Shown: one piece after another, positions 33,483 to 47,699 of the stretch | Numbering within the stretch: the first letter of the stretch is position 1 | Layout: the number at the start of each line of letters is the position of its first letter | From: Selaginella moellendorffii | Taxonomy: Eukaryota > Plantae > Lycopodiophyta | Assembly: GCF_000143415.4 (NCBI RefSeq) | Contig: NW_003314290.1 | Span: forward strand, 1 to 64,000 | Length of the DNA: 64,000 nucleotides | Direction: 5' to 3' | Position numbers and translations under genes: made by a program | Notes under the pieces: model-generated | Databases searched by the model: none | Told to the model about the DNA's origin: nothing | Seen by the model: only the letters and a program-made list of their open reading frames with translations

Positions 33483-35971
33483 TGTCGCGAATATGACTTC
33501 AGGTATTGAAAGATACTTGTTAGCCAGTCCTTACGAGTAGCAAAGCTCTTTTTCCATGAAATAGTGCAAGTTCGTGGTCTTCCTAAGGAGATGATCTCAG
33601 ATAGAGATTCAAGGTTTACAGGGAAGTTTTAGGGCATGCTATTTCAGTTGTTTGGTACTAAGTTAAAGTTTAGTACTACTTATCATCCTTAAACTAATGG
33701 GCAAACCAAATGTGTGAATGCTCAAGTTAAGGATTATCTGCGGTACTATGTCACAATGGACCAATGCGACTGGGTTGAGCATTTAGACATAGTAGAAATC
33801 TGTTATAACAACACATCTCACAGTGCTATAGGTTGTTCTTCATGGGAGATGCTGCAAGGGAATGCTCGTGGGGTTCCTCAACAGATCGTTGTACCGAAAC
33901 CAATGACCAAAGTGGTGGTCCTAGCTATTGAAACTTATGCGGAGCAGCTACACCAAGGTTGGTCTAGAGCTATTGAGGCGATGGGCAAAGCTCAGGATAA
34001 GTATCGACGTGATAAGGATTAGTATCATCGGGATGTATCCTATCAAGTGGGAGATCAGGTGTGGCTATCTTCCCAAAACTTGAACATTAAGGGATCTTTG
34101 TCTCGGAAGCTGTTACCGAGATATGTTGGACCTTATCGGGTGTTGAGACGCATTGGTGATGTATCCTATCAATTGGATCTTCCTACAAAGATGTCCAATC
34201 TTCATAATGTATTTCATGCCAATCTCTTGGCTCCATACACTATGGATGATGCATGTCAACCGGAGATTTGTCCACCACCACAAGTTGTGGGTGGTGAACC
34301 TGAATATGAAGTGGAAGCTATTTTGGGTACACGCTGGCTTAAACGTGCCAAACATCGAGAGTATCTAGTTAAGTGGAAGGGTTACCCATCTTGTGAATCA
34401 ACTTAGGAGCCTCTTAGGAATCTTACACATGCTCATGAGCTTGTCACGGAGTATGAGAATCGTAATAAAGATTAGCTTTTGTAAACTTTGTAATAAATCT
34501 TGCAAATTAATAAAGTAATATATTTCTATAAATCAAAGTGTCGTTTCTCTCGCTCGTTCGTACTTGGGTCAGTTTTGGCAGGTTGACTTGGGAATAAGTC
34601 CATATAAATCCATAACCATGGGGATAACTATTATAGACTGATCACAAATCCCCACCTCTCTCTCGATGGCTCACTTTTGAAAAGGGGCGTGGTCGTATAA
34701 ACAACTTAATCTACCAGTTTATAATAGTTGTCTAAATCTTCCCGACGGGGCTGATTTCTTGCTCAAGGGAAGTTGGGCCTCTGGCCTTCTCCCTATGTCC
34801 CTGTGGGCAGGGATGTATCATTTCTTTGTAAGCCGAGTGATACTCAGAGCAGCAAGGGTGGCTAACTCTGTTAGTCATTTCCTTGTTGGTGACGGCTGGA
34901 GGGTGTTTGAGTTTTAACGTCTTTGGACGTAGAGGAGAGGTCGTTCCATAACTCATTTAAGTCGGTGTGTTTCCCACATAATGTGCTTTCCGTTAACTTT
35001 CGGAGTTGTTTCCTTAACGGTTTGCTAGACTCGGGTATGCATCGACGAGGACGTCAATCTTCCCTAAGAGGGGGAGAGTGTCGCGAATGTGACTTCGGGT
35101 ATTGAAAGATACTTGTTGGCCAGTCCTTACGGGCACTCTTTCCTTACTGCCACGACGGCAGGAGGTTGGTACTGCTAGTTCCCTTTATTAGCCCCTCTTG
35201 TCCAAGTGTTAATAAACTGAACTTAGCATTTGTATTTGGCCGGATGAGCATAAGGAAGGAATTCCTAAGTGTCTATTTAGCCAAGCATGCTTGGCCCGGC
35301 TTGTTAATTCTCTTTTGCTCTATCTTGCACTAGCTTAGCAAGAACCCTCACGTAATGAGACTAGTCCCTCAATATCACCGGATGATAGCTTACCATATTT
35401 GCCAAACACCCTCGCTATCACGCCCTTTGTGTTGGTCTCATTTCGGTCCGATTAGCTCATTTGGCATATCTACGAAATGTAGAGATCGGCTTGAACACAA
35501 TGGTGTTCGTCCCGTGTCCAAATTCGCAATCTAAAGACATTCTATATTTGGTAAGTTTTGAACTTGTCCCAAAGACTAACTCCTGGTACTAAGGGAGGCT
35601 TGGGGTGAAAGCCCAAAGTGTGTGTTCTTCAAAGAGGGGGGGCTATGGGGGTTCCAAATGTATAGTAGGGATAGTGGTTGGAATGCATGTCCGACCATCT
35701 GAGACATTAGTTTAGCTCCTGCTAGGCTGTGTCGCTCCTTGTTCTGCATCCGGCTTAAATCTAAGCCCAAGCTCCATGCTGCTCTAGTTAGTGGAGTACC
35801 CTCCTCCTTGCGTTAGGCCACCAACATGCCAAAATTGTGCCAGACTCCATTTGACACCATTTTGCGTGTGCTAGTGCTAGATACAGGGAGTTGGTGCTCA
35901 TGGGATTGTACTAGACCCTCGTTCGTAGCGCAATGGGCTTGGAGTTCGGCTCCAAATTCATGTGCACTACA
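33483..35971 (+). mobile_element. Internally deleted Ty3/Gypsy chromovirus
   Basis: 5' LTR stub TGTCGCGAAT (33483-~33535) joined directly to integrase. PPT AAGAGGGGGAGAG (35066-35078). Full 3' LTR 35079-35971 (TG...CA). Decayed TSD CTCTA/CCCCA within the host LTR-family internal sequence. Confidence 0.88.
33540..34475 (+). pseudogene. Gypsy integrase core + GPY/F + chromodomain with stop codons
   Basis: GLPKEMISDRDSRFT, FSTTYHP*TNGQT, KLLPRYVGPYRV, LHNVFHANLL and EYEVEAIL...EYLVKWKGYP. Confidence 0.92.
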
Positions 35972-38900
35972 CCCCATCTCATTCATTATATTTTGATGCC
36001 ACTTGCACCAAAGTGTTCAAGTTAGATATACCAAGCTTTCACCCTAAGCAATTTAATCATGTATCACGACTTTGGGGCATTCCCTGCTTAGCAGTATGCC
36101 CAATCCAATCTTCTTACTGAGAGTTTATGACCACCGAAAAATGAATGTCCTCATATTCCAAACCATTACTACGCTTTAGTGAGTTAAGACTCAAACCTAA
36201 ACACTAAAGGCTTGGGATTCAAACCCAACCTCTATATATGCATCCACAGATGGCATCATTTAGGATGCCTAGTGTGACTCCCCACACCGGTGTACTAAAT
36301 TATACTCAATATACACTACTGATCACAGCTTAGGAACTTAGTTCCTCTAAACTGCCAAGTCCTTTTATTTGACAAATCTGTGATCATGCATGGACTCTTG
36401 CATACTTGGCCTCATGGGCCACCTCTTTTGAAGTCAACACCTTCAACTAGGGTCTTTGTTCCTTTGACTTGCCAATCTCACTTAGCAAGTTGCTCAACTA
36501 GTGTAACATGGTTTTATGCATAAGCATATAAGTCCTCAACCATTGACTTTTGTTCAAAGCTATCTTTTTGAACACTTGAGAACTACTTTTCCAACTTTGA
36601 TAGCCTCGCCTTATGGCAAGTTTTAAGACCACGCTTTTGTTATGTGATTTTAATTTTGCATATTCTAACCATTTACACTTGTCTTTTTAGATACTAATCT
36701 ACCTAGAATTATCTTTGGGAATTTTGAAGTAACTCTATCTTTTAGCATGCTAAGGCTTTTCCTTTCGCAAGTCTTTTAATTGTCATACAATTTAATATGG
36801 AAAATTTCACATTTTAGACTTTTCATGGCATCACAATTGCCATTAACAACACTTTTGAGCACCCACTTGATTTTCCACTCCCAACTTGCATAACCATTCT
36901 TGGTTATACCCTTTGATTACTGTAATTATTCTTTTACTATTTGTTTTTGGCCTCACATGTTTCCTTTAGTTATCCTCTTCCAGACTAGTAAGATAGCTTT
37001 GCATTTTTTACCATATATTGGCAAATATTGTTAGGGATGAACTTACCCGATAGATTAGAGAGTGGTTCCTTAATCCGGATATACTCACCTTGTAATCTTA
37101 TATAGCGGGATTAACATTGCTACTTATGAGTCTTCATATGCCCATCATTAACTTTGCCAAAATCCCTTTTGGCTTTGTACAATTTGGAAAGAGGGACTTC
37201 TCCTATCTCTGCAACCTTAGACATTGAATCATATTTTTTATTCATTATTCATTAGAGATTTAGTCCCTTGGGTATTATCTAATGCCTTCATGATACTAAA
37301 CACCACTTTCTAGTGTTTGGAGTGTCTAGGTATCATAATGATGACTTTTTTTAACAATGAGCATTTCACTTTTCAACATTAACTTACTATATTGCAATAT
37401 AAACAATTTATCCTCTCGAGGGATATATCTAACATTTTTATCCCAATAAGAAGTTTTGGGTAGTTAATTTTTACCAATCTAATTAATTATGTTGCACCTT
37501 TTGCTTAGTTGCCTCATAATTGTCAAGTTCTACAACTCATTATTGGTACTTCCATATCTCAATCATTATTTTGGTTACCACACTTTAATTGCATGCCTTT
37601 TAACTTAGGCTATGCCATTTTCATTTCCATTGGGATTTATTTGGCAAAAAGTTTTTATGAATCCATTAATTTGACATTAAAGCATCACACATTAGCACAT
37701 TTGGTGTTTCCACACCATTGACACTATAAGCTTACCTTTATGACACTTTTCACTTGTGTCTAGGTCTTTGTCAAGACCAAAGTAATCTATAGTCCAACTT
37801 CACTCACTCACTCAACTCAAACACACCCAAGCACCAAGTTCGTCTCTTTAGAACTTTCATTGATTGAAACAGGGGTACATCTAGGGATCAGTTGGCTCAG
37901 CGACAACCCAGATCAGGTTCGTCCAGGATTTCTCTCATTAATCGATACCACACTTGACTATAGATGGGGCAGTGAGTCACCATAGTCTGCTCCAACTGAA
38001 TGCTCAGTCTCTCTATTGCCTGGCACACTCTCAAATTGTGGGTGACAAAATCCACATGTGGATCATGTCAAGGGACTTCATGCTGTTACACCATTTCCAT
38101 GCACCTGTTCCACTCCTGAATAACTGCCTCCTATGACCTCTAAACACCCACCTAAATCCTCCGGAAGATTCCATCTGGAACCTCCCAGAATATTCCTAGG
38201 CTATTGTATATATACTTAGAATATTCTCATATAGAATATTCCAGCTTTAACACATGGCTCGTGTAAGGCCACGGTGTTCCGAAATGTTGTCCCAAAGGCC
38301 CAGATTGTGGAAAGGAAGAGGAGCAGTCCTCTGGGGTAGTGACCAAGGACACAGTCGTGTGGTGAGGAAGTCCCAGAGGACCGTGGGACTTAGTGGTCGG
38401 GCCTGTGGGCCTCGATCCAGTGGCAGTGTTGGCAAACACGGTCAGGGGCAGAAAGGGACTTAGTGGAGACTGACAGAGGGATATTGGGGAAGGCTATTCC
38501 CCTTGTCGGTGGGCATCCTAAGGATGCTAAGGAGTGGATCTGAGATGACCACTCACGGATGGATTGCCTAGTCTTGGAGAGCCAAGACTGTGATGCAAGT
38601 GGTATTGGACTACCAGTGTGGCAAAGGTGATTGGGCATGGCCTTAGCATAATAGGCTGCCATGTCGGTGGTACCTTTGAGTGTCGGTCATGGGATCGGAC
38701 ATGTGGAGCACTTGGACCAAGTGCAAATGTTGAGTGGCATAGATGCCATTCTCGGGGCTAGCAAGTCCCAAGTCCTGAATTGGACTTATGGAGGTGGTGA
38801 ATGAGACTCCTCCAAGTGGTCGGAGGTGTGGTTAAGTGACTAAAGTAAAATGGAAAAATTAGTCGCTTACACATACCTTGGCAAGTATTGTAAGGATGAA

Positions 38901-41900
38901 CCTACCTAATAGCCTAGGGAGTGGTTCCTCAATTCAGATATGCTCCCATTATAATTTGATACACCGAGATTAACATTGCTACTTATAGGTTTTCATATGT
39001 ATGTCACTAGCCTTGCCAAAATCCCTTTTGGTTTTGTACAATTTAAATAAAAGGACTTCTCCCATCTCTACAACCTTGGACATTGGATAATACCTTCTAT
39101 CCATTATTTTCTAGGGACTTAATCCCTTGGGACTTATCTAATATCTTCATGATATTAAATACTATTTTCTAGTATTTTAGAGTGTTTAAGTGTCCCAATG
39201 ATGGCCTTCTTTGACAATGAATATTTCCCTTTTCAACATTGACTTATTATATTGCAATATAAGCAATTTATCCCCCCGAGGGATATATCTAGCCTTTTTA
39301 TTCTAATAAGAAGTTTTGGGTAGTTAACTTTTACCAATCCAATCAATCATATTATACCTTTTGCTTAGTTGCCTCATAGTTGTCAAATCTTACAACTCAT
39401 TATTGATGCTTCCACACCTCCATCATTATTTGAGTTACCACATTTTAACTACATGCCTTCCAACTTAGGCTATGCCATTCCTATTTCCATTAGGATTCCT
39501 TTCTCATAAATCCACTAACTTGATCTTAAGGCATCACACCTTAGCACATTTGGTGTCTCAACACCATCAACTCTATGAGCCTACTCTTACAACACTTTTC
39601 ACTTATATTTAGGTCTTTGCCAAGACCAAAATAGTTGTTTCTTATGCCAACTATCAATTAGCACTGCACCATGATGTTCACACGCAACTTTATGCCAACA
39701 TTGCTTTATTCTAGGAACACCTTTCCCACAACTTTAATATAACATATTCTGCCATCAATGAAATACCCACTGTTCTCATACTTGGATTTTATGATCTTCC
39801 CTGTCCTTCATAGAGTGCAACACACCTCAATCTAAATGTTTTCACTAGTTCTTTAGAACTATTCCTTAACTCCATTCAAATCATCCAATTTTTTGGACTT
39901 TGCTAATTTGATGACTCGTAAAGTCCTAGCCTCACAGCTATTTTTGAGATGTCAGTTCACTAGAATACAACTTTTTATATTCATATCCTACTCATAAGGA
40001 GTATCTTTGCAAATGCTACTTTGACACTTGATTATTTTTTATTCCCTATGAGCTACCTTTGCCCCTTAAGATTATCTATCTATAAAATGAAAATACTGAC
40101 TCATCCTCTAAGTACACCCCCAACTCCTTGGGTTTGTTCTAGTATTTATTAAAGGTAGCCTCGGCTACCATTTCAAGGACTTGTGTTTGTGACAAAGATC
40201 CTCTTCGCCATAAACACATTCACATACTCTTAAATGGTTCCTATCTATGTCAACCTATTCAACTCATCCCTTAGATGCAAAGTAGCATTTAGAGTAATAT
40301 AAGTTACACAGATTATGAGTCATAAATTTTTCCTTTCCTATTTGCCAACTTATCTCATTTATCCGACCACCACTACCTTGGCCTTAGTTAAGTTCCCTTG
40401 CCAAGATTTTTGTTTATTGTACTAACTCTTACTTGGACCTATTTGATTTCAGTTACTCATTGTATGAGCAATGGAATGTTAGCCATCCATTCACAAATTC
40501 CAAATTCTCTCTTAATCCCCCTCCTCGGGTTATATTGGATTTAAGATTCAGTTACACTCCCCACAAGCACAAGTAGCTAATCATACTAAGCCTCCAAGTT
40601 TCTAACATCTTATGGTATAACAAAACTTAATTATAAGACCCTCTAAATCTCAAATTTTGGGTGCATCACTTGCTTCGGGATTCTAGGGGGAAACACTATG
40701 GCCTAACGGCCTAATATAGGTACCCCTACTCCCCCACTTCCATCCTGAAGGGAAAGCTTAAGCCCCTAGGAAGGGGCAAGGACCAATAAACCATATAGTA
40801 CTCAAATAGGGCACCACTCCACATAAGCCAAAAATACTACAATTGGTTTTTCTTTCAAGAGTAGGAGCTGCTTTTGAGCACTTCCTTAGATAGCCTTTCT
40901 AGCACCACCTAAGTCTATGCTCACTCCCACCCTAATCCAATCTTAACCTCAAGTCAATTTGGAAGCACCACTAAAGAGTTCGTTCAAAACTAATCCTTAA
41001 ACGTCACCATCCTTACTATACTTTTAGAACCTCTTGTTACAGTCTCCCCCCCCCCCCCCCCCTCTCCTCTTATGGGACGATTGCTTTAGGCTTTCACCCC
41101 ATGACTTGTATTAGTATTCGGACTTGGTGATAGACTTAATCTTGGACTCAACCAAGGACTCGGTCTTGGACTTAATCTTGAATTCAATCTCAGACTTGAC
41201 CTCGAACTCGGTCTCAGACTTAATCTTAGACTTGGTCTCAGACTCAGTCTCGAACTTGAACTCAATCTCAGAGTCGGTCTCAAACTCAATCTCGAACTTA
41301 GTCTTGGAATCAGTTTCGGACTCGATCTCAAACTGCATCTCATCTGATGAACTCTTTATCATTCTGGTCATGGTTTCCTTTAGCCTACGACACCTTAGGG
41401 AGTTAATTCCTTACAAAGGGGTAATTATTTGATAAAAGAGCTATTAATGGCTATTTTATCCTTATTTATCCCCCAAGGTTCCAAAGATTTACGATGATAA
41501 TATATCCAAATCTCATCCCATAATCACATGCACTACACAAAAGGTCCCAACAGTTAGCAGTTATAATGATATCATGGCGTGTGTAAAGGAATGAAGAGCT
41601 AAAAACCCAACATCACATAGATGTAATTATAAGATATATGAAAGTCTAGAGGAAGTTGGAACAAGCACACTTAATCAATGAACAAAAGGTAAAACCTTTC
41701 ACTCTTATTATGGGCAGATATAAAGGAGATTATTTACCAATTTACTAGCTAAGCTTGTAGAGAATGAAAAAAATGCCAAAATTTTAGTTCTTACATAGCT
41801 TCTTAGTAGTTTTTTGGATGTATATATAAATAATTAAAGAGAACAACTCAAGAGATTATCCATAAATGTTTAAATATAAAGGAAAATAAGAGTGCATTCT

Positions 41901-44219
41901 TTTTTCTAATCTGTTAATAGTATGTAAACTCTTGAATTTAGACTTCCTAGGAAGTCATGTAGCCCAATACTATTCAAACTCAAAGACACTTAACCCTAAA
42001 TATTACAAAACCCTTAAATTTATTGGAAAAGAGGGTGCATTTTTATTCATGAGCCATTTCCGTTTATATTTGAACCCTTATGGATCATCTCTCAAATTGT
42101 TCTCTTTGATTACTTATAGAGTCTTGGGATATTTGGGGTTAAGCATCTTTGGATTTAAATAGTACTAAGGTAGATGACCTCTTGAGAAGTCTAAATTAAG
42201 AAGCTTATAGTTGGTATCAAAGTGGTCTCGAGTCCAACTCTATTGGTTGGATAGGGGAATTACACCCTATGTTAATATTAATAACTAATAAGTTCAATTT
42301 GCCTCCAACTAGGCTCAATCTAAGGGTAGGGTATCAAGAGAATGGGGTTTTCAGTTTTCATTTATGAGGGTGTGAACTTGCAGAGAAGCGTGGCAAATTA
42401 TAAGCAACCAAAGAAAATGACTTGAGAGACGTATAAAGGACTAAAGTTTCCATTCTACTTTAGTCACTTAACCACACCTTTGACCATTTGGAGAAATCTC
42501 ACTTACAACCTCCCTAAGTCTTAATTTTGACTTGAGGACATATTAGCCCTATGAATGGCATCTATACCACTCAGCTTTTGCACTTGGTCCAAATGTTCCA
42601 TGTGTCCAATTCTACAATAAACACCTAAAGGTACCACTAGCATATCAGCCTATTATGCTAAAGCTATATCCATTCACCTTTGTCTTGTGGGTAGTTCAAG
42701 ATCATGCATACCATAGTCTCACCTCCTAAAGACTAGGCCATTCATCCATAAGTGGTCATCCTATGACTACACTTTACCATCCTTGGGATTCCCAAAAACA
42801 TAGGGAATACCCTTCCCCAATATCCCTTCTTCAATCCCCATTAAGTCCTTTTTCATCCACAGCCATGCTTGCCAACATTGCTACTGGGTCAGGGCTTGAA
42901 GACTTAACCACTAAGTCCCATTATTTTTTAGGACTTTCTTGCCATATGACCATATCATTGGTCACTAAATGAAAAGATTGCTCCTCTTCTTTTCCATAAT
43001 CTTGGATTTTGGGATGACATTTTGAAACACCACAGCCCAATGTGAATTTCATGGGTACTCTCCCCAGCTTTTGCCTTTGGTGTTCTAGCCATATAGCTAA
43101 AATAAAGTTTCAATGAGCCACACCAGGTATCTAAGTAGGTAGTGCCACCCACACTTGGATTGGGAGCATTGACCATTTGATCTCCTAAGAGAATTAGAGT
43201 TAGCTCTTAAACACTTCACCAAGTTATCTCATTTGTTTATTTATATTCACTCTAGCTTTAGACTCCTTATTGATTATATTATCACCCACTACGTGGGTAT
43301 AGCCTTCCTTGGTCATACTAACTTTTCTTAGCCAAACTAATTCCATTAAAGTTCTTCCCCCTACTATACTTTTGGAGTTCACCAAACCCCCTAATGTCTT
43401 GAAGACGATTGCTTTAAGCTTTCACCCTTGGACTCAGACTTGGACTTAAACTTGATCTTCGACATAGTCTCGGTCTCAGTCTCAAATCTAGTCTTAGTCT
43501 CCATCTCAGACTCCATCTCGAGTCCATCTCAGACTCCATCTTGGACTCCATCTCGGGTCCATCTCGGACTTTTTCTCAGACTCCATCTCGGATTCCATCT
43601 CAGTTCCATCTCGGACTCCATCTCAAGTCCATCTCAGATTTGGTCCCGATACTTCTTTATATCATGTATTAGTCCTCTTATGTCCCTTTTCTAGAGACTC
43701 ACTTATTAATTGTTTCATACTCATTCCTTAAACATTTCGTTGGGAGTTCCACTTTTGCTCTTAACTTTTTGAATAGAAGCCTTTAAACCAAATATGTTCC
43801 TCTCATTTAGCTTTGGCTTTGACCATTCTTATATAGCACTTTTTTGGCTTCATTTTGGGGCTTAGGGATTTGTGTCTCACAAAATGATCCATAAGGGTTC
43901 AAATATAGAGTATCCCAAAGTTTTGGGATACTTAGTGTTAAGCATCATTGAATTTCACTCGAGAGTGATTCGTGACTACCCACCTAACATATGGACAACA
44001 CTCAACTCACACCAACCAAAACCCCCAAAGCCGAGATCACTGGCTTTTCTTCTAGGTGCTCCCGACACCTGTCCCCACCCTGGTGAACCAACTGACCATG
44101 CATCTGGAGATATCTCTAGAGGCTGCAGCGGGTGGGTGATATCATTGAAGAAGGCAGTATTTAGGCCGGATGACCTTCCAAAAAATCCAAATCAAAACTT
44201 AAGTATGAGCAATATAACA

Positions 44220-45065
44220 AGACTAATAGTTTTTTTTATTTCTCTAGGATTCATACATAACTCAGTAAATGATAACCTATATATCTACTTTAAAGGCCAA
44301 GGATTTATCTTCCTAGTGCTTTATGTGGATGATATCCAAATTAAGACTCATCTCTCTGGGAAATTTGAGATGTCAAATCTTGGTGAGTTGCACTACTACC
44401 TTGGAATCCAAATATGAAGGAACTAGAGACAATGGATTCTTGAGCTCTCTCAGGAAAAACACATCTTAGATGCACTTCAAAGGTACTTTTAATCTTGTGG
44501 CCACTCCCATGCAAGCAAGCCTTAAGCTTTCCAAGGCTTCCACATCCAAACATCCGAGCAGGAGAAAAGTGATATATCTTGTGTTGATGGTCGGCAGCAT
44601 GATCTATCCCGTGATTTCTACAAGGCCAGATTTAGCCTACCTTGTAAGCTGCATGGCAAAGTACTTGGAGAATCCATTGCAAGAACATTTTGCAGTTGGT
44701 GCTTGAAGAAGCATGCTATCACAGCTATGTCTTTAATAAAATCAGAATATGTAGTAGCAGCAACAATAGCAAAGGGGTTGAGTAAGCTTCTTGAAGATCT
44801 GCCTCCCATATAGCTCTAGTGTGATAATCAGTCTGCTATTGCTCTTATGAGGAACTCATGATTCCACTCAAGATCAAAGCACATAAAATTGCATTTCCAC
44901 TTCATATAGGAGCTGATCCAAAAAGGCAAAATTCTCTTGGAATTGTGACCTACTAACATGATGCTGGCAGACGTACTGACCAAGGCTCTACCTTGAGTGA
45001 GTCTTCTTGAAACAGTCAAGCTAGATGCTGACAAACGTACTGACCAAGGCTCTACCTTGAGTAAG
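44220..45065 (+). pseudogene. Degenerate Ty1/Copia RT-RNase H fragment
   Basis: LVLYVDDI, FEMSNLGELHYYLGI, TRPDLAYLVS, CDNQSAIAL...HSRSKHI and MLADVLTKALP, spread across broken frames. Confidence 0.9.
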
Positions 45066-45255
45066 CCTTCATGAAAACACTCAAGCTAGGTGACAGAAAC
45101 CAAACAAAGTCCACATCACCCATCCTCAAACCACCGAGAGTTGCCACATACTCATGTATACAACCACCCAAATGCAATGAAGTAACTATTGAGTCTTTCC
45201 ACCAAAACTTACAGCCGTGACAAACAATCACAAGTAGAGAAAAAGAACTCATGCA

Positions 45256-47466
45256 TTATTTAAATTTTAGTTTGAATGTCACTATGAATGTAGCGACTAC
45301 AAAAGATATGACAAATAGCAAAGCTCCAGCTAGAAGTTCCTCGTCCCTTCCATCAACCTCTTGGGTCTTCTCCTCTGCTGTGGTGAAATTCCTTGAAGAC
45401 GTGTGATTATAAGTAAGAGGAAAGCCATACAATCCTGGATTGCCTTCATAGCTGCTGCTTTGAAAAGTTGTAAGCTGGCCTCCCTGAGGAATCAAGCCTG
45501 ATAGATTGTTGTAGGAAACATTCAGGCTGTAGAGAGTGTTCAGCAAAGTAAGAGAGCCTGGAATCGTTCCGCTCAATGAGTTCTCAGAAATATCCAAGAT
45601 CTGGATGTTATCAAGATTTCCCATGGACTCTGGAATTGGGCCTGATAGGAAGTTATGAGAAAGATCCATCTTGAGTAGACTGCGCATGTCACCAATGCTT
45701 GCCAGGATCTGGCCGCTTAGATTGTTGTGTGACAAATCCAGCACCATGGCGCTGGAAACCTCCATCTTGAAATGACTACCATATAGCAATATTGTCCAGG
45801 AGCACTCTGGATGAACCAGAGTGTTTAAACGCTTCTTCAAATCTTCTAAAAGAATTCCTTGCATCTCCAACATAGTATCCATCTTGCAATGAGATTGTCG
45901 AACCTCCAACAATTTGCAGTTCCCCAAATCGGTATCAGTAACAAAATTCTTCCCAAACACTAGCTCTCCCGTTGCGTTTCGGCCAATACGAGCAGGAACT
46001 CTCCCAGAGAAATAGTTGTTACTCAAGTCCACCATAAGCAGATTCTTGTTCTTGGACAAGCCCAAAGGTATATCACCTTGTAAAGAGTTATTGCTAAGTT
46101 GCAGAGTTTGGATTTGATTCAGCTCCTCGAAAGACAAGGGAATGCTTCCGATAAGCCTGTTGCTGCTGAGAGATAGCCAATTCAAATTCTGAAGCCGTGA
46201 GAGCTCTGGAGGAATGACTCCTTCGAGCATGTTGTAACTTAAGATTATTGTGGTCAAGTTGGAGCACATTGCAAGACTGGATGGAATGGTGTCTTGAAGT
46301 TTGTTCACCCATGCAAGAAGGTGGCGGAGGCGTGGAAGCTTGTTGCAGAGTGTCACTGGTATGTTTCCACTCAATGTATTGAAACTCAAATCCAGCATCT
46401 CCAGACTAGTGCAACTCAGTACTGAGTAAAGAATTCCACCAACAAGCTTATTGTTTGGCAATAGTAGGCTTTTGAGTCTGGAAGGAGATGATAAAGAGCA
46501 CACATTGTTTTGAGTGTTGTTGAGATTATTGGAGCTGAGATTCAGAAAGAGAAGTCTGTAATGGATTCCCAAAACTTCACCAGAAATACGATTATAGCTT
46601 GCATCCAGAAGCTCAAGAGATGGTAAGAAGTTCTTGCTTAAGCTTGGACTGCCTAGGAGTTCTATGAATGTCCCTGAGAATGAGTTGGAAAAGAGTTTAA
46701 GCAGTCTGAGTGAAGAACACTTAGCTTGTCCATGGAAAAGTTTTCCAGAGATGTTGTTGGAGGAAATATCCAGCTCAATTAGATTCTTGCATGCCTCATC
46801 TGAGTGGATTTGAAATGTGGAGAATCTATTTCCTGCCAGGTTGAGCGTATGAACTTTGTTGGAATCATAAAGGGAAAATGCGCCAGAGAACTTGTTATCA
46901 GAAAGTGAAATATTTTGCAAATTGGTGCAAGTTTTGATCAATTGTGATGGTATTCTTCCTGTGAATTGATTGCTTGAAAGATCCAGATACTCAAAACTCT
47001 TGCAATTCAGCTCTGATGAAATTGTGCCATTGAGCTGGTTATGCGAGAGATCAAGCCGAGTCAAGTGTGGACAATTGCCAAGAAGCTCAGTTGGAAAACT
47101 TCCAGTGAGCTGATTTCTGGAGATATTGAGCACTCTTAAAGAGCAAGATTGCAAAGATATCCCTTCCAATGTATCTGTGAAAAGACTCTGATATAAATGC
47201 AATTCCTGAAGACATCCCAACTCCTGGATTGTGGTCGCAAGAAGAGCACTGGATAGTTCTAAGGATTGGAGGCTAAGCTCAATCACCCGACCTTTCTCAG
47301 AACAAGTTACACCATCCCACTTGCAAGGAGTGCTTTGGTTCCCATTCCAAGACTTCAGAGTTTTGGAATGATCAACAACAGCATTTTGGAAGCGCCACAA
47401 TGTGCCAGTGTCTTTTGTATTCGCTACAACTGTAAGAAAACAGAGAAAACAAACCAACGCAAACAT
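45256..47466 (-). CDS. LRR receptor-like protein (signal peptide, LRRNT, plant LRRs with island domain, TM, no kinase)
   Basis: PCKWDGVTC N-cap, repeated LxxLDLSxNxLxGxIP, island ~KNFVTD...SSAMV, C-cap TFQSSSYEGNPGL, hydrophobic TM and a very short tail. Intronless 736 aa. Confidence 0.93.
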   Translation of the reverse strand: MFALVCFLCFLTVVANTKDTGTLWRFQNAVVDHSKTLKSWNGNQSTPCKWDGVTCSEKGRVIELSLQSLELSSALLATTIQELGCLQELHLYQSLFTDTLEGISLQSCSLRVLNISRNQLTGSFPTELLGNCPHLTRLDLSHNQLNGTISSELNCKSFEYLDLSSNQFTGRIPSQLIKTCTNLQNISLSDNKFSGAFSLYDSNKVHTLNLAGNRFSTFQIHSDEACKNLIELDISSNNISGKLFHGQAKCSSLRLLKLFSNSFSGTFIELLGSPSLSKNFLPSLELLDASYNRISGEVLGIHYRLLFLNLSSNNLNNTQNNVCSLSSPSRLKSLLLPNNKLVGGILYSVLSCTSLEMLDLSFNTLSGNIPVTLCNKLPRLRHLLAWVNKLQDTIPSSLAMCSNLTTIILSYNMLEGVIPPELSRLQNLNWLSLSSNRLIGSIPLSFEELNQIQTLQLSNNSLQGDIPLGLSKNKNLLMVDLSNNYFSGRVPARIGRNATGELVFGKNFVTDTDLGNCKLLEVRQSHCKMDTMLEMQGILLEDLKKRLNTLVHPECSWTILLYGSHFKMEVSSAMVLDLSHNNLSGQILASIGDMRSLLKMDLSHNFLSGPIPESMGNLDNIQILDISENSLSGTIPGSLTLLNTLYSLNVSYNNLSGLIPQGGQLTTFQSSSYEGNPGLYGFPLTYNHTSSRNFTTAEEKTQEVDGRDEELLAGALLFVISFVVATFIVTFKLKFK

Positions 47467-47699
47467 GACTTCAGTGTTTTCTAATATTTCACGGACTTAT
47501 AAACAACACTTACACCATATGTGAGTCAAAAAGAAAGAGCAGAAGGAAGTCAATCCTTACTGCATATTCAAAGTATTCACAAGAAATCAAATATAACAAT
47601 TGCCGTGTCAAAAACGAGTCTAGTGAAGAAAACAAAAAAGAAATGACTCAAAGGGCCCATTCAAAGTCAATCTAGAGTATGACATAGTATCACAGATCC

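Larger units (their letters stand above)
32317..43881 (-). mobile_element. Cluster of older, more decayed copies and fragments of the same LTR family
   Basis: LTR-like pieces at 32317-32665, 38251-38871 (plus strand, ends GTCGCTTACA) and 42448-43881 (ends GTGTCTCACA). Internal pieces at 32750-33482, 35972-37785 and 38872-40185. Degenerate satellite at ~41110-41340 and ~43430-43640. Confidence 0.75.
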
